Shown here piece after piece: positions 50,765-62,233 of a stretch of DNA of 64,000 nt. A program made the position numbers and the translations under genes. The stretch is from Malacoraja senta (Eukaryota). The notes beneath the pieces were generated by a model that saw only the letters and a list, made by a program, of their open reading frames with translations, searched no databases and had not been told where the DNA came from. The stretch covers positions 62,868,001-62,932,000 of the forward strand of contig CM075981.1 in assembly GCA_038087875.1 (NCBI GenBank). The letters run 5' to 3'. Position 1 is the first letter of the stretch. Each line of letters opens with the position of its first letter.

Positions 50765-51676
50765 GTCAGCCTTCCCCTTTAACACAGGCTGCAGCTTCAC
50801 AAGCATGCTTTGTGTTTGAATGTACAGAGGGTTGTCACATGTACCTAGGCACAGTGAAATTATTTGTTTTGCATGCAATCCAGTAAAGTCATACTACAGA
50901 TAAGCACAATCAGAAATGAGTACAAAGTGCAACGATTGTAGTGTAAGAGTAGACTTCAAGGTAGTACACAGGGGCGTCACGATTCTGGCACCAACAAAGT
51001 TATGCTACATTGAGTGTTTGTTTTCTCTGGAACACCGGGAGTTGAGGAGAGACCTGATAGCAATTAATAAAATTGAGACATAGATATCGTAGACAGTCAG
51101 AACCTTTTCCCAGGGTGGAAATGTCAATGACTGGAAGACATAGCTTTAAGGTGAGAGGGGGAAAGTTTAAAGGATTTGCATGGAGCAATATTTTTACATA
51201 GGGTGGTGGGTGCCTGGAACGTGCTGCCAGGGGTGGTGGTGGAGATACGATAGTGGCATTTAAGAGGCTTTTAGATAAGCACATGGATAGGCAGGGAATG
51301 GCAGGATATGGGTCATGTGCAGGCAGAGATTAGTTTAACTTGACATGTTCGGCAGACATTGTGCGCCGAAGGGCCTGTTCCTGTGCTGCACTGTGGTCTA
51401 CATGATTGGTTGGGGGAGTGGGCTTGAGCCCAGGCCTGTTCACAGCCCGTACTCTAGACCTGTTGAGTGCTGGCTGTCCTCCCGCAGTAGCTGGCGTCCT
51501 GGTGCTGCCCATGCTCCGTGTGGCTGGGCCGGAGCGGCCAAGGTCTGCAGCTGCTGTGGGCCCTCGGTGTGGCTGGGCAGAGGGACAGGGACACACCTCG
51601 GCCGGGTCCTTACCTGGCCCCCTGCTCTTGGGGACCAGCCTCACATTGTCTGTCTCTCCTTCTGTCTGGCGGGCAG

Positions 51677-51780
51677 GTGATATTCCTGGAGAAACGAGTG
51701 ACGGAACTGGAACAGGAGAACACGGCCAACGGAGAGATGCACAGCCGCCTGAAACAAGAGAACCTGCAACTGGTGCATAG
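51677..51780 (+). CDS. RAB11FIP3: RAB11FIP3 104-nt exon, copy 2
   Basis: Same as 30825-30928. Confidence 0.92.
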
Positions 51781-52447
51781 GTGGGAGCCCTGGAGAGGGG
51801 GGAGGGGGTGAGAGGGCGGTGGGAGGGGGAGGCGATGGGAGGTCGGAGGGGGGGTGGGAGAGGCCATGGGGGCAGTGAGAGGCCTAGAGTGTCGGTGGGG
51901 GGGGGGGTGCAGCAGGATCCCTAGGGGATGGAGTGTGACTCCAACCTGCCAGGAAGACCCACGTGAGGTGGGGGGGGGGGGGGGTATAGCGGGAGCCACC
52001 AGCCCTCTCCATCTCTGCCCTCTATGTATTGACTGCATTGGTGCAAGGGGTTAACTTGCATTTTACAATGTCACCTTGCAGAAGGCGGGGAGCTGATCAA
52101 CTGTGGGCAAGTTGGGCCGAAGGGCCTGTTTCCACACTGTATCACTCTATGACTACGTTTACCCTTGTACCTCGCATTTCCAGCTCATTTAATTTGCTCC
52201 CTCACTGGTGATGCCACCCCGAGCCACTCTTAGTTTAAAAGTCTGGTAAGTGAGTTAAAACAAGCGGGTGGCTTGGTTCAGCTGTGCTCTCTCCCCCTCC
52301 AGGGGCAGATCTGGCACGTCTGAGAGTCCGTAAAAGGACTTGCTGAAAGTTGTCGCTAATAATAATGCCGCGTGGGGCTGGTGAGCGCCGAGGCTCTTCT
52401 GTGGGTGGGAGAGCAGCGCAGCTCATTCTCTGACCATCTCCAAACAG

Positions 52448-52588
52448 GGCCAATGCTTTGGAAGAGCAGCTAAAAGAGCAGGAGAACAAGTCTGAGGAGA
52501 TGTTACTGGAGGAAATCAAGAAGCAGAAAGATGTTCTGAGCAAGGTGGAGAGGGAGCAAGTGATCGAGATGGAGAATCTACACACCAG
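52448..52588 (+). CDS. RAB11FIP3: RAB11FIP3 141-nt exon, copy 2
   Basis: Same as 31596-31736. Confidence 0.92.
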
Positions 52589-54317
52589 GTAACCGCCCGT
52601 GTGGTAACCGTTCGAGGGCCAGGGTCATGCCTTCCTCCAGCTCTCCTGCAGAGGTGGCAGAGCTCACCCTGGGGGCGAACGCAGAAGGAGCCCTGTTATT
52701 CACTTTAGAGATACAACGTGGAAACAGGCCTTTCGCCCTACAGAATCCGTGCCAACCAGCGATCAGCCTGTACACTAGCACTATCCTACACACCAGTGAC
52801 AATTTACGATTTGACCAAAGCCAATTAATCTACAAACCTGTGCGAGGAAACCGGAGCACCCGGAGAAAACTCAAGCAGTCACAGGAAGAACATACAATAG
52901 ACAATGGGTGCAGGAGTAGGTCATTCGGCCCTTCGAGCCAGCACCGCCATTTAATGTGATCATGGCTGATCATCCCCAATCAGTACCGCGTTATTGCCTT
53001 CTCCCCATATCCCCAGACTCCGCTATCTTTAAGAGCCCTATCTAGCTCTTAACTCTGTACAGACAGCACCCGTAGTCAGGATCCAACCTGGGTATCTGGC
53101 GCTGCAAGACAGACACTCTGCCACTGTGCAGCATAGGATGCGAGCCCAGGCTGGAGATTAGCAGTGAGTGGCACCAGCCATTAACAGCATAAGAACAGGC
53201 CCTTCAGCCCACAACGCCTGTGCTGACCATGATGCCAAGTTAAACTAATTGACCAGAAAGTGAAATGTTCTGTTCTCGCATATGTTCCTGCATCCCAAAC
53301 CATTGGGATTTGTGAAAGCTGATAGCAGATTACTGGAGGCTTACTGTATCTTTACAATTGTGCAGGGTGTTGGTGAAGCCACACTTAGAGCACTGGGTAC
53401 AGCTCTGTCCCCTTATGTAAGAGAGGATCTAGCAGCATTGGAAGCAGTTTGGTGGGAATGTCCCTAACGAGTGGCTGGAAAAGCTGAGTCTGTATTCTTT
53501 GGTGTTTAGAAGGATCATTGTATTGGAAGATGCAGGATCCTGAGGGAGCATGATGGGGTGGATGTGATGTTTCCAATGCTGGGAGGGTTTTAAATGAGGG
53601 GCTGTTGATAAGGGGATAATAATCATCTAAAACTCTGGCATTTGTTCTCCCAGAGAATGGAGGTTGGAGTATTTAAAGAGGAGATGTATAAATGTGTGGG
53701 GAATTGATGGCCATGAATAACCTGGACAAGACCTGGAAAGAGCAACCATGATTAGATAGAAGGGTTGGAGAGTCTGTCTCCGTGATGTTCTCTCCCACTC
53801 TCGCTCCCCCACCCATTGACACCACCATACACATTGTCTATGCCTATTGCATTGAAGCCTATTTGGACTTGCCCAAGTTGCCTGCAGTGTAATAAGGGCC
53901 AGTGTTGTGCATCACGATGCTGTCACTGTGAATAAGACTTTGCTCGAACAGCAGAAGCAACAAGTCAGTAAATTGTTCAACCCTTGTACTTGGGCTGGAG
54001 TTTGGCCTGCGTTAATGTTGAGTCTTGCCTCTTGTCATTGAGGTTTAGGTTTATTATTATCATGTATACTGAGGTACAGTGAGAAGCTTTGTTGTATGTT
54101 ATCCAAACAGATCAGATACTCTATACATAAATACAGTCAGGTCAAACTCGTGTACAATATATATAGAACAAAGGGGATATACAGAGTGCAGAATGTAATT
54201 CCCAGCATTGTAGTGCATCAGTTCCAGAGACAGTGAAGTGAGAATGGTGGGTGGGCTCGGAGGTCCCAAGAATGAACGCAGCAGGAAGTGACGCTTGGTG
54301 CATCTGTCTGCACACAG

Positions 54318-54399
54318 GTTGCAACAGCTGGATGAGGAGAACAGTGAGCTGCGGGCGTGCATTCCCTGCCTGCGGGCCAACACGGAGCGGCTGGAGGAG
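54318..54399 (+). CDS. RAB11FIP3: RAB11FIP3 exon: LQQLDEENSELRACIPCLRANTERLEE
   Basis: cacag acceptor and GAG|gtacag donor; 82 nt, phase 2 to 0. LQQLDEENSELR motif. Confidence 0.93.
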
Positions 54400-54796
54400 G
54401 TACAGATTTGCTTCCCTTGCTCTATCCAAGCACGGCGATAGTCACTTAACTTACGCATTGGTCCGCTTCTATTGCTGACGCTGGCTTTAACCCCGTGTAC
54501 TGCCTGGCTGACCACTGTATCTGGTACACTCGCAAACACTCACCCCCCCCCCCCCCCCACTGTGTTATTAGTTATTGACGGGATGTCGGTGCTGGTGTAA
54601 AGTCCATCCCTGACCACTCCTGAGCTGTAAAGCTTCACGCACCATTTCAGAGGCTGTTAATAATCTGCTCCGTTTCCTTCCTGTGTGTCATTGGCACATG
54701 AAGGCCCAATCTTTAGTAGGATTCCTTTTCCTGAAAAATATTAGAACTACCATTTGAAAACTAATTCAATGGCCATTTCTGATGCTGGTGCTTTAG

Positions 54797-55268
54797 TCAG
54801 AGTGTGGAAACAGGCCCTTCGGCCCAACTTGTCCACACTGGCCAACAATGTCCCAGCTACATGAGTCCCACTTGCCTGCGCTTGGTCCATATCCCTCCAA
54901 ACATGTCCTATCCATGTACCTGTCTGTTTCTTAAAAGATGGGATAGTCCCAGCCTCAACTACCTCCTCTGGCAGCTTGTTCCATACACCCACCACCCTTT
55001 GTGTGAAAAGGTTACCCCTCGGATTCCTATTAAATCTTTTTCCTCTCACCTTGTGAACCTATGTCCTCTGGTCCTCGATTCCCTACTCTAGGCAAGCGAT
55101 TCTGTGCCTCTATCCGATCTATTTCTCTCATGATTTTGTACACCTCTATAAGATCACCCCTCATCCTCCTGCACTCCATGGCATAGAGACCCAGCCTACT
55201 CAACCTCTCCCTATAGCTCACACCCTCTAGTCCTGCCAACATCCTCGTAAATCTTTTCTGAACCCTTT
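54797..55268 (-). mobile_element. CR1 LINE 3' fragment
   Basis: Minus ORFs RVQKRFTRMLAGLEG...RGDLIEVYKIM and FTQRVVGVWNKLPEEVVEAG. Confidence 0.85.
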
Positions 55269-55607
55269 TAATTCCACATTTATCCACTAAATTTAATTCC
55301 ACATAAATCCACTAAATTAAATTCCCAGCTACTCCAGTTCATTAGTCGTCCTGGCATCCTGCCTCAATTATTTAATTGTGTTCTGCCTGCATTGCTGACT
55401 GTTGATTGAACTCCCGCTGCTGAGAGATCTGACCTCTTGCCCGTGGTCCCAGAGGAGTGCGGGTTGTGCTGGAGATGGGGCCTTACCTGTGGCAAATGCC
55501 AAGGGGTGGTTATGGGCGTGAAGGGGGAGGCGGGACGTACACTTTGTGGCGGGGGTGATTGGGGAGGGGTCTACGCAGGTACTGTTACTGAGGCGTTACT
55601 GTTTCAG

Positions 55608-55745
55608 GAGAAGCGGAAGCTCTTGGATGAAATGGATGATCTGATGCAGAAGCTGAAGGAGGAGCAGGAGAACAACCAGAAGCTGTCAGATAAACTCTGG
55701 CACAAGAAATACCAATTCCAGAAGGAGAAGGAAACCACTCAAGAG
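55608..55745 (+). CDS. RAB11FIP3: RAB11FIP3 exon: EKRKLLDEMDDLMQKLKEEQENNQKLSDKLWHKKYQFQKEKETTQE
   Basis: tttcag acceptor and GAG|gtgagg donor; 138 nt, phase 0-0. Confidence 0.92.
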
Positions 55746-56018
55746 GTGAGGCACCCGAGTCCCTTCTCCCAATCTTAACCACACCGAACAAAAGTCTGAA
55801 GGTTTCAGAAGGGTCTGCACCTGAAGCGTTTCCTGTCCTGACCACCTGAGTTCCTCCAGCACTTGGTGCATGGGAACAAAAGCCTGTCTCTAGCACGTTG
55901 AATGAGCTGGAGAGTGTGGTTTTGAGCAGCAGAGGTTCCTGGCTGGTGGAGTGGTTGCCATCCTGATCTGCCTCTCCCTGGCCCAGCCCCTTTGTGACCC
56001 ATCTCTCTCTGCCCACAG

Positions 56019-56174
56019 CTCATCGAAGATCTGCGCAAGCAACTGGAGCAGCTGCAGCTCTTCAAACTGGAGGCGGAGAGGCTGCGGGGCCGATCCAGCA
56101 GCAACGGGCTGCAGGAGTACAACAGCCGCAACCGCGAGGCTGAGCTGGAGCATGAGATCAAACGCCTCAAGCAG
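56019..56174 (+). CDS. RAB11FIP3: RAB11FIP3 exon: LIEDLRKQLEQLQLFKLEAERLRGRSSSNGLQEYNSRNREAELEHEIKRLKQ
   Basis: cccacag acceptor and CAG|gtacgg donor; 156 nt. Confidence 0.94.
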
Positions 56175-56438
56175 GTACGGGTAGCTGGCACTCTGATGGG
56201 CCCATGGTGTGGGCATTAACCCATTGCTCTCATGCTTCCCTCCCTTTTCCGCGGGACTGGCCTTTCGCCGGGACTTGTGTTGTTTGTTTCTCCTTCCCCC
56301 GCCCTCCCCACCGGGCCGTTCATGGGGTCAGCATTACCCCATTGCTTGTGCCGCGCCCCCCCCCCCCCCCTGTGCTTTCGATCCCCATTCCACGGGCGAC
56401 CCATGGGATCAGCATTAACCCCTTGTCTCTCGTTCTAG

Positions 56439-56579
56439 GACAACCGAAATCTAAAGGAGCAAAACGATGAGCTGAACGGGCAGATTATCAATCTGAGCAT
56501 CCAGGGGGCAAAGAGCCTTTACACGACGTCCATCTCGGAGTCCCTGGCTGCAGAAATCAGTTCCGTGTCCAGGGATGAA
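56439..56579 (+). CDS. RAB11FIP3: RAB11FIP3 exon: DNRNLKEQNDELNGQIINLSIQGAKSLYTTSISESLAAEISSVSRDE
   Basis: ttctag acceptor and GAA|gtaagt donor; 141 nt. SLAAEI motif. Confidence 0.95.
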
Positions 56580-56826
56580 GTAAGTCGGTCTTCAACTTAA
56601 TTTCTAATCATTTAGTCTTTAAATACTTGCGTAAGTCCGGTTATTTATAGCCACGGCATGCAGTCTTTTCTCAGGACTCGGCTGGTGGTCTTTAAGTCTA
56701 ACCTTGGGCTGGTCAGAGGTCTGTGTCGTAACTAAGCTATACAGCGTGGAATCTGGCCCTTCAGCCCATCCTGCCCCACCCACACTGACTCTCTACACTA
56801 ATCTCCGGTAGAACACTGAACATTGC

Positions 56827-56966
56827 AGGTAGACACAAAATGCCCGAGTAACTCAGCGGGACAGGCAGCATCTCTGGAGAGAAGGAATGGGTAACTCAGC
56901 AGACCAGGCAGCATCTTTGGAGAAAAAGGATGGTTGACATTTTGGGTCTGAAGCCTTCTTCAGATT
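56827..56966 (-). mobile_element. Penelope-like repeat with an internal tandem duplication
   Basis: GTAACTCAGC...CAGGCAGCATCT.TGGAGA occurs twice. Minus-strand CTGAAGAAGGCTTCAGACCCAAAATGTC. Confidence 0.6.
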
Positions 56967-57091
56967 GAAAGTGGGGGGAGGTGATTGTGTGCCTCCAGCA
57001 CCTCAGCAAAGTTTGGGGAAAGCGACATCTGTGTATCTGGGGTAGACTTTCTAGCCATGATCATCTCAATGTGGTTTCTGTTTTATCACAG

Positions 57092-57223
57092 CTTATGGAT
57101 GCAATTCAGAAGCAGGAAGAGATAAACTACAGGCTACAGGACTACATTGACCGGATTGTTGTTGCAATCATGGAGACGAATCCTGCAATTTTAGAGATCA
57201 AACAAGTGGAGGCCCATTCCTAG
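57092..57223 (+). CDS. RAB11FIP3: RAB11FIP3 last coding exon, Rab11-binding domain (FIP-RBD): LMDAIQKQEEINYRLQDYIDRIVVAIMETNPAILEIKQVEAHS*
   Basis: tcacag acceptor; YID RBD signature; TAG at 57221-57223. Confidence 0.96.
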   Translation, partial: LMDAIQKQEEINYRLQDYIDRIVVAIMETNPAILEIKQVEAHS

Positions 57224-58471
57224 CCTCCTGGGACCAGTGTACAAACAGTAGCTCTTCTGTCACTTGTGTGTAAATGGTCAGGCAATTTGGCTGCAGAATT
57301 CTGTCCTAACTCTTGAACCACGGACCTGTGTAAACCCACACAGCTTCACTTCGTCTTCCTGTCCGTGTGCCAAGGTACGACAGGCAGTTGGTAATTTCTT
57401 GCAGGTTTTCTGTTTTCCGTTTCCAGTCGCCCTTGTGTGAGGATCGCAGAATGGTCGTCATGTCTCCCCAGGACCAAAATACCCAGCTAATGGCCGGTAA
57501 CAGTAAATCGTGTCACTAAAATGCAGTGAACCAAGTCACATTGATGATAATGGGGTGCGGGGCAGTGGGGAGCAGCCTGCATAAGGCCGGACTCAGAGTT
57601 CATGTCAGTGGGAACCTAAGTAATGCTGCACCCACTCTGAGCTCTACTGCGGGACTCCATTGTACAAGGAGCTCTGCACGGCTGGCTGGGGGGGGAATCC
57701 AGATTTCTGTCCTCAAATCCAGCCTCCCTGCCTTCCTCTGGTCTATAATCCAACTCAATGGTCACACCTTGAACCTGGGATCTGACTCCAGCCTTTGTTT
57801 CGGGTCATGAATCTACTCATTGTCCCTCTAGGAATGTCTTCCTGCCCTCTTACTCCATGCTCGACAAGTTTTCTTTCAGTTGTACAATGATGTTGCCTGG
57901 CATTTGCAAGAAGTCTGATCAGCACTCTGCTGCAGGATTTGGCCGGTGTACTGGCCTGACTCGTGTCTTGTCAGGCTTGTGGTTATCTGCCTGCTGCAAG
58001 GACTGATTGTATTGAGCACACCCCAGGTCTGCCACAACAGGCCGTTGATGTGAAGAGACTTGATGTCCTAGTCCAGGGACTGCATCACAAACCACATTCC
58101 CTTGATCAGTGTGCACGAGTTCTGTACTAGTTGTGCAGTTTTCCCCACAAATCACTACACGCCAATTGCACTCCAATTGCACTCCAAGTACCAGTAGCAC
58201 CAGAAACACTGATGGCTTTGTACAACACTTGACAATGACACTTATAACTGACACCAGGTGTGTACACACCTGATCGCTATTCTTGCCTCACCATTGTTGC
58301 ACTGATCGTTGTTTGACATGGCTGTCCGGTGATGCTCGCTGACATAGTCCTTGTTTCTGTACACTCTCCTAGTTCACCCACTCATCGCACCTGAGGTTTG
58401 TGCAAATCAGCCCAGGTGCCCAGTGACACTACAATATTTATTGAGTATTTATTTACTCCATTTTTTCCTAA

Positions 58472-58477
58472 AATAAA
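58472..58477 (+). promoter_or_regulatory. Candidate RAB11FIP3 polyadenylation signal (AATAAA)
   Basis: AATAAA in an AT-rich patch ~1.25 kb after the stop. The true 3' end may be more distal (ATTAAA near 59613). Confidence 0.35.
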
Positions 58478-59776
58478 TCACCTGAGCACTTTTAACACCC
58501 AATAGCTGAGAGCATGCCTACTTGCTGGTAAAGATGAATGCGGGAGTTGAGAGCTATATATTGAACAAGAGGTGGGAGAGCTGTAGTCAGTAGTTGCCAC
58601 TGGTATTGTGTGTGTTTAATCCACAAGACTGCCCAGCTCGGTAACACCGACTCCTCTCCCTTTGCAGCATTGTGGTAAGCTGCTGCTCAAGCCCCTTCCT
58701 CATCTCAGTCTTGGTGGTTGCCAAGAGGAAAATTGCTGAGAGATTGCAAAGAATGCCCATTCCTCGGCATGCCCAGATAACTGGTACCTTGCATCCATGT
58801 GGATGAGGGGAATGGATTGCAGATTGTGGCTCCCTCGTTCAGCAACAATGGCTGCTAGTGCTGGAGTATTGTCTTTCAGTCCAAGTTTTCTTTAACCTTG
58901 TGCAAAGATGTTCTGTTACATGGCGAGGCCCTTGGGTGCTTCAGCTCTGAGTTCTCCCAGTACCTCTTGTATCTGATGCAAGGCATTGCTGTCTGCTTGT
59001 AAACTTTGCTGCATTGTCTCTTGTGTAAATCAATGTATATTTTGAATTTTCTATCCTTTACAGTAGAAAGTTATTTTTTATAGAATGAAGGCAGATTTGT
59101 ACTGGAGTCTGATAACCAGTGCATTCAGTGGAATCACTTGAGAGCTTCTCAATTTTGTAAAGTCAATAGATTGTGTCTGTATATAGTAAGAAACTGAGAG
59201 GGAAGCAGGTTCAATGTTGATTTCTTTATGGAGAATGCATTAACTCGCACTTGCTACCATGAAGAAGATGATACTGTCACAATGTATAAAATGTCTTAAA
59301 TGCAAATAGTCTTATCAATGTACTGTCCTGACAATTGAAAACCAATGTGAGATTTAGCTCAAACTGTTTTTAAAGAAAATTCTGATACTGGTTTGTGTAC
59401 TGTTTCATCACCAGAGCTAATCTAAGCATCAATACTTGCTGTTTATACAGAAGCTGCCTGACGACCAGGGAATTAACATTGCATTGATCATCCATGGTAA
59501 TTGTGATTGTACAGAAATACAAGGTTTGCACATCTGTATAGACTGGCTTTTTTGGTGCAGGGATATGGAATGAATGGTGATGTGGCTACTGTAAGCATCC
59601 AGACACTGACTAATTAAAATCGACAGCAATAACCACTGTCTCTGCAGTTATTTGTTGCCCATCCTCCTATCAGAAGACCATAGGACATGCAGATGGGTCA
59701 TACAGATTCATTGAGATTGCTGGAGGTTTGTAGCTGAAGAACCAGGCAATGGGTATGTAAAGATTTCTATTGTTTA

Positions 59777-60782
59777 CTAGACCAGGTGCGGACCCCTTGG
59801 GGCCCGTCCCTCAACGCAATAATCCAACACTGACCCATAGCCCCCAACTGCGCAGGCGCGGCTAACGGGTTCCTGTTGTGACGCCAGAGATCCCCGTTGT
59901 GACGCGAGTGACTGCAACCGTCCCCCAACTGCGCAGGCGTGGCCGGCAAGTGGGAGCGCGACTGCAACATTTTAAAAGTTCAAAATAGCAATAACATGTA
60001 AAATATAAGATAAATATGAACGCATCTCACTTTCCCTCTTCAGTCCCCTATTTCCCCCCCTCCATTATCATCCCTCTCCCCACCCTCCACCAGCCCTCCT
60101 CTGCCTCCTCCCCTCACGCCCGCCCTCTCCTCCATTACCTCACCATCCCTCTTCGTATCTCTATCCTCCTCCATTACCCCTCCCTCTTCTTTCCCTTCTC
60201 CTCCTCCTCTCCACCACTCCCTCCCTCACCTGTCCCTCCCCTTTCCTTTACTCTCAGTTACTCCCTCCCTCCATAATCCCTCTCCCCTCCTTACCCCCCC
60301 TCCTCTCCCTCTATCCCCCCTGCTGCCCACTCCTCACCTCCCCCGTATCCCACCCCTCCACAATGAAAATCACAATGTTTTTTTTTAATGGAATTCTCAA
60401 TAAAAATAGTGTTTTTTCTTTAAAATAATCTAAACATTATGTTAGCCGTGAATGAAAACGGAAGTATTTGATTAAAACTCCGTTTTTTTGAAAATCGTGA
60501 TTTAAAAAAAAGATGTAAATGAGATTCGGGATCCCATTGTGATGTTCGAACGCAACTGACGGGCAGGGCAAGTCTGAGAAGTGGTTTGAAAAGTGATTTT
60601 TGTAAGGTTTAAAGTGTCAATAACTTGTAAAATATAACATCAATCCAAATGAAACTGGTTTCATTTACATTCCAGGACAATGGTGAGTAATGTGGCCAAA
60701 AATGGTAGCGCTAATGTGTACTGTTTTGGTGGGATTTTGAAATACGCACGCATACAAACAAAGTTTTATGTAATAAATAGGA
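59777..60782 (-). mobile_element. Non-autonomous Helitron (~1 kb)
   Basis: The minus-strand 3' end has hairpin CGGGCCCC-AA-GGGGTCCG followed by CACCTGGTCTAG|T. The 5' end TCCTATTTATTACATAAAA is a TC-start, AT-rich terminus. No TSD seen. Confidence 0.65.
60030..60360. repeat. Polypyrimidine/polypurine low-complexity tract inside the Helitron
   Basis: Predominantly C/T on the + strand. Confidence 0.85.
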
Positions 60783-60850
60783 ACTAGCATTCATGATGGG
60801 GCCAAGGTAGCTGGTATTCAAAGGAAATTGAGATTTGAAATCTGTTTTAA

Positions 60851-60856
60851 TTTATT
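60851..60856 (-). promoter_or_regulatory. Candidate CLUAP1 polyadenylation signal
   Basis: TTTATT on + (AATAAA on -) ~260 nt past the CLUAP1 stop. Confidence 0.55.
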
Positions 60857-61116
60857 GTAACTTGTAACATTTTAGTTTGTACAGTGGATTTTAAAAGAAA
60901 ACTCCAAGAACTCCAGATCAATGTAATTGAGAATGTAACAAACATCACTACACTGGAATTGGATGTGCTGTCTGCTTTAGCACCAACTTGTACCCTTGCC
61001 AGTTAGCTGTTCACTGCACAATACACTGGAATAACAAGCTGGAGCAGGCCAGCAAGTCTATCACCAGAGCCTAGCACTTAGACTTTGTTCTGCATCAGTT
61101 GCTGCTCCATGTCCGA

Positions 61117-61263
61117 CTAAAAGTCGTTGTCACTTTCATCGAGCAGCTCCTGTTTGTGTATTCGTGCGGAAGACTGATCTGGCTGAATGTCGATGCTTTC
61201 ATCATCATCAACAATTTCATATTCTTCCTCCTCATCGTCATCCTCACTGTTCTCTGATTCATC
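61117..61263 (-). CDS. CLUAP1: CLUAP1/IFT38 last coding exon: DESENSEDDDEEEEYEIVDDDESIDIQPDQSSARIHKQELLDESDNDF*
   Basis: tttccttctggtgcag acceptor. Acidic tail ending LDESDNDF*, the recalled CLUAP1 C-terminus. Confidence 0.9.
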   Translation of the reverse strand, partial: DESENSEDDDEEEEYEIVDDDESIDIQPDQSSARIHKQELLDESDNDF

Positions 61264-61399
61264 CTGCACCAGAAGGAAATTCAACAATTAATCAATAGCT
61301 GTCAATTATGCTTTTAATTAAAGTACCTGCCTCACTTGCAGCTCCCTATCTGATTAGCTGGCAGCAGTGTTTCTGAAATAACCACATCAGGTTTCCATA

Positions 61400-61715
61400 A
61401 TAACACGAAACAGGCCCTTCAGCACACACAATGTTTGTGCCAAACATGATGCTAAGTTAAACTGATCTCAGTTACCTGAGCATGATCCATACCCCTCTAT
61501 TCCCTGCACTTTCAGTGCCTATCTAAATGCCTTTTAAATGCCACTATTGTACCTGCCTCCACCCCCCTCGACACTGCATTCCAGGCCTCTACCACTCTGT
61601 TTTTAAACAACTTTACCCCCCCCCCCCGCTCCCCTTTATGCCCTTTAGTGTTGGACATTTCCACCCTTAGAGAAAGATTCTTATGGTCTACCCTATCTAT
61701 GCCTCTTATAGGGTA
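61400..61715 (-). mobile_element. CR1 3' fragment in the last CLUAP1 intron
   Basis: Minus ORF RVVEAWNAVSRGVEAGTIVAFKRHLDRH plus CR1 tail. Confidence 0.7.
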
Positions 61716-62233
61716 GACCAATTTCTCCCTCGGACATTTATCCTCACTTTCCTAACTCTAAATTGGAGCCATACAGCACATAAACAACTCCTTTGGCCTA
61801 ACCAAGTTACATCATGCCAAGGTTTTGTCTTGGGTTATGGGAGCTACGTGTAGGTGGTGATTGAGAAACACAACTGGGGACAAGAAGCTACAGATGCTGG
61901 AATCTTGAGTAAACAAAGTGCTGAAGGAACTTGTTGGGTCAGTATCTGTGGAAGGAAATGGAAAGACAATATTTTAGCTCAGAACTCTTTGGACTGATAA
62001 TCAAGAAGGTCCTGACTCAAAATATTGTCTGTCCATCAGTCTGAAGAATCCTGACCTGCTGAGATACAAGTACCACAGATGTGGATTCTGCCCCTGCTGG
62101 CTCTAATATCCAGCAGGGGCAGCAAACAATAAAGATCAATGCACAAAAGGGACAGTGGTTCACAAAGCATTGCACTAAATGCACATAGCTACACTACATT
62201 GAGTCACAGCAGCAGAGAGATGTCTGAACTGAC

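Larger units (their letters stand above)
32747..53395. repeat. Copy 2 of the ~20.65 kb block (all TEs of copy 1 recur here)
   Basis: Starts CCCAAAGACATTAAGG (= 11895) right after the gap. Ends ...CACACTTAGAGCACTG (= 32546), then continues into unique sequence. Confidence 0.95.

Noticed and set aside
32747-53395. A second RAB11FIP3 paralogue or functional exon duplication
   Set aside because: Near-identical including introns and TEs, bounded exactly by a 200-N gap, and frame-breaking if spliced through. An assembly artefact is more parsimonious.
60016-60276. Pro/Ser/Leu-rich 86-aa ORF
   Set aside because: Product of a polypyrimidine low-complexity tract.
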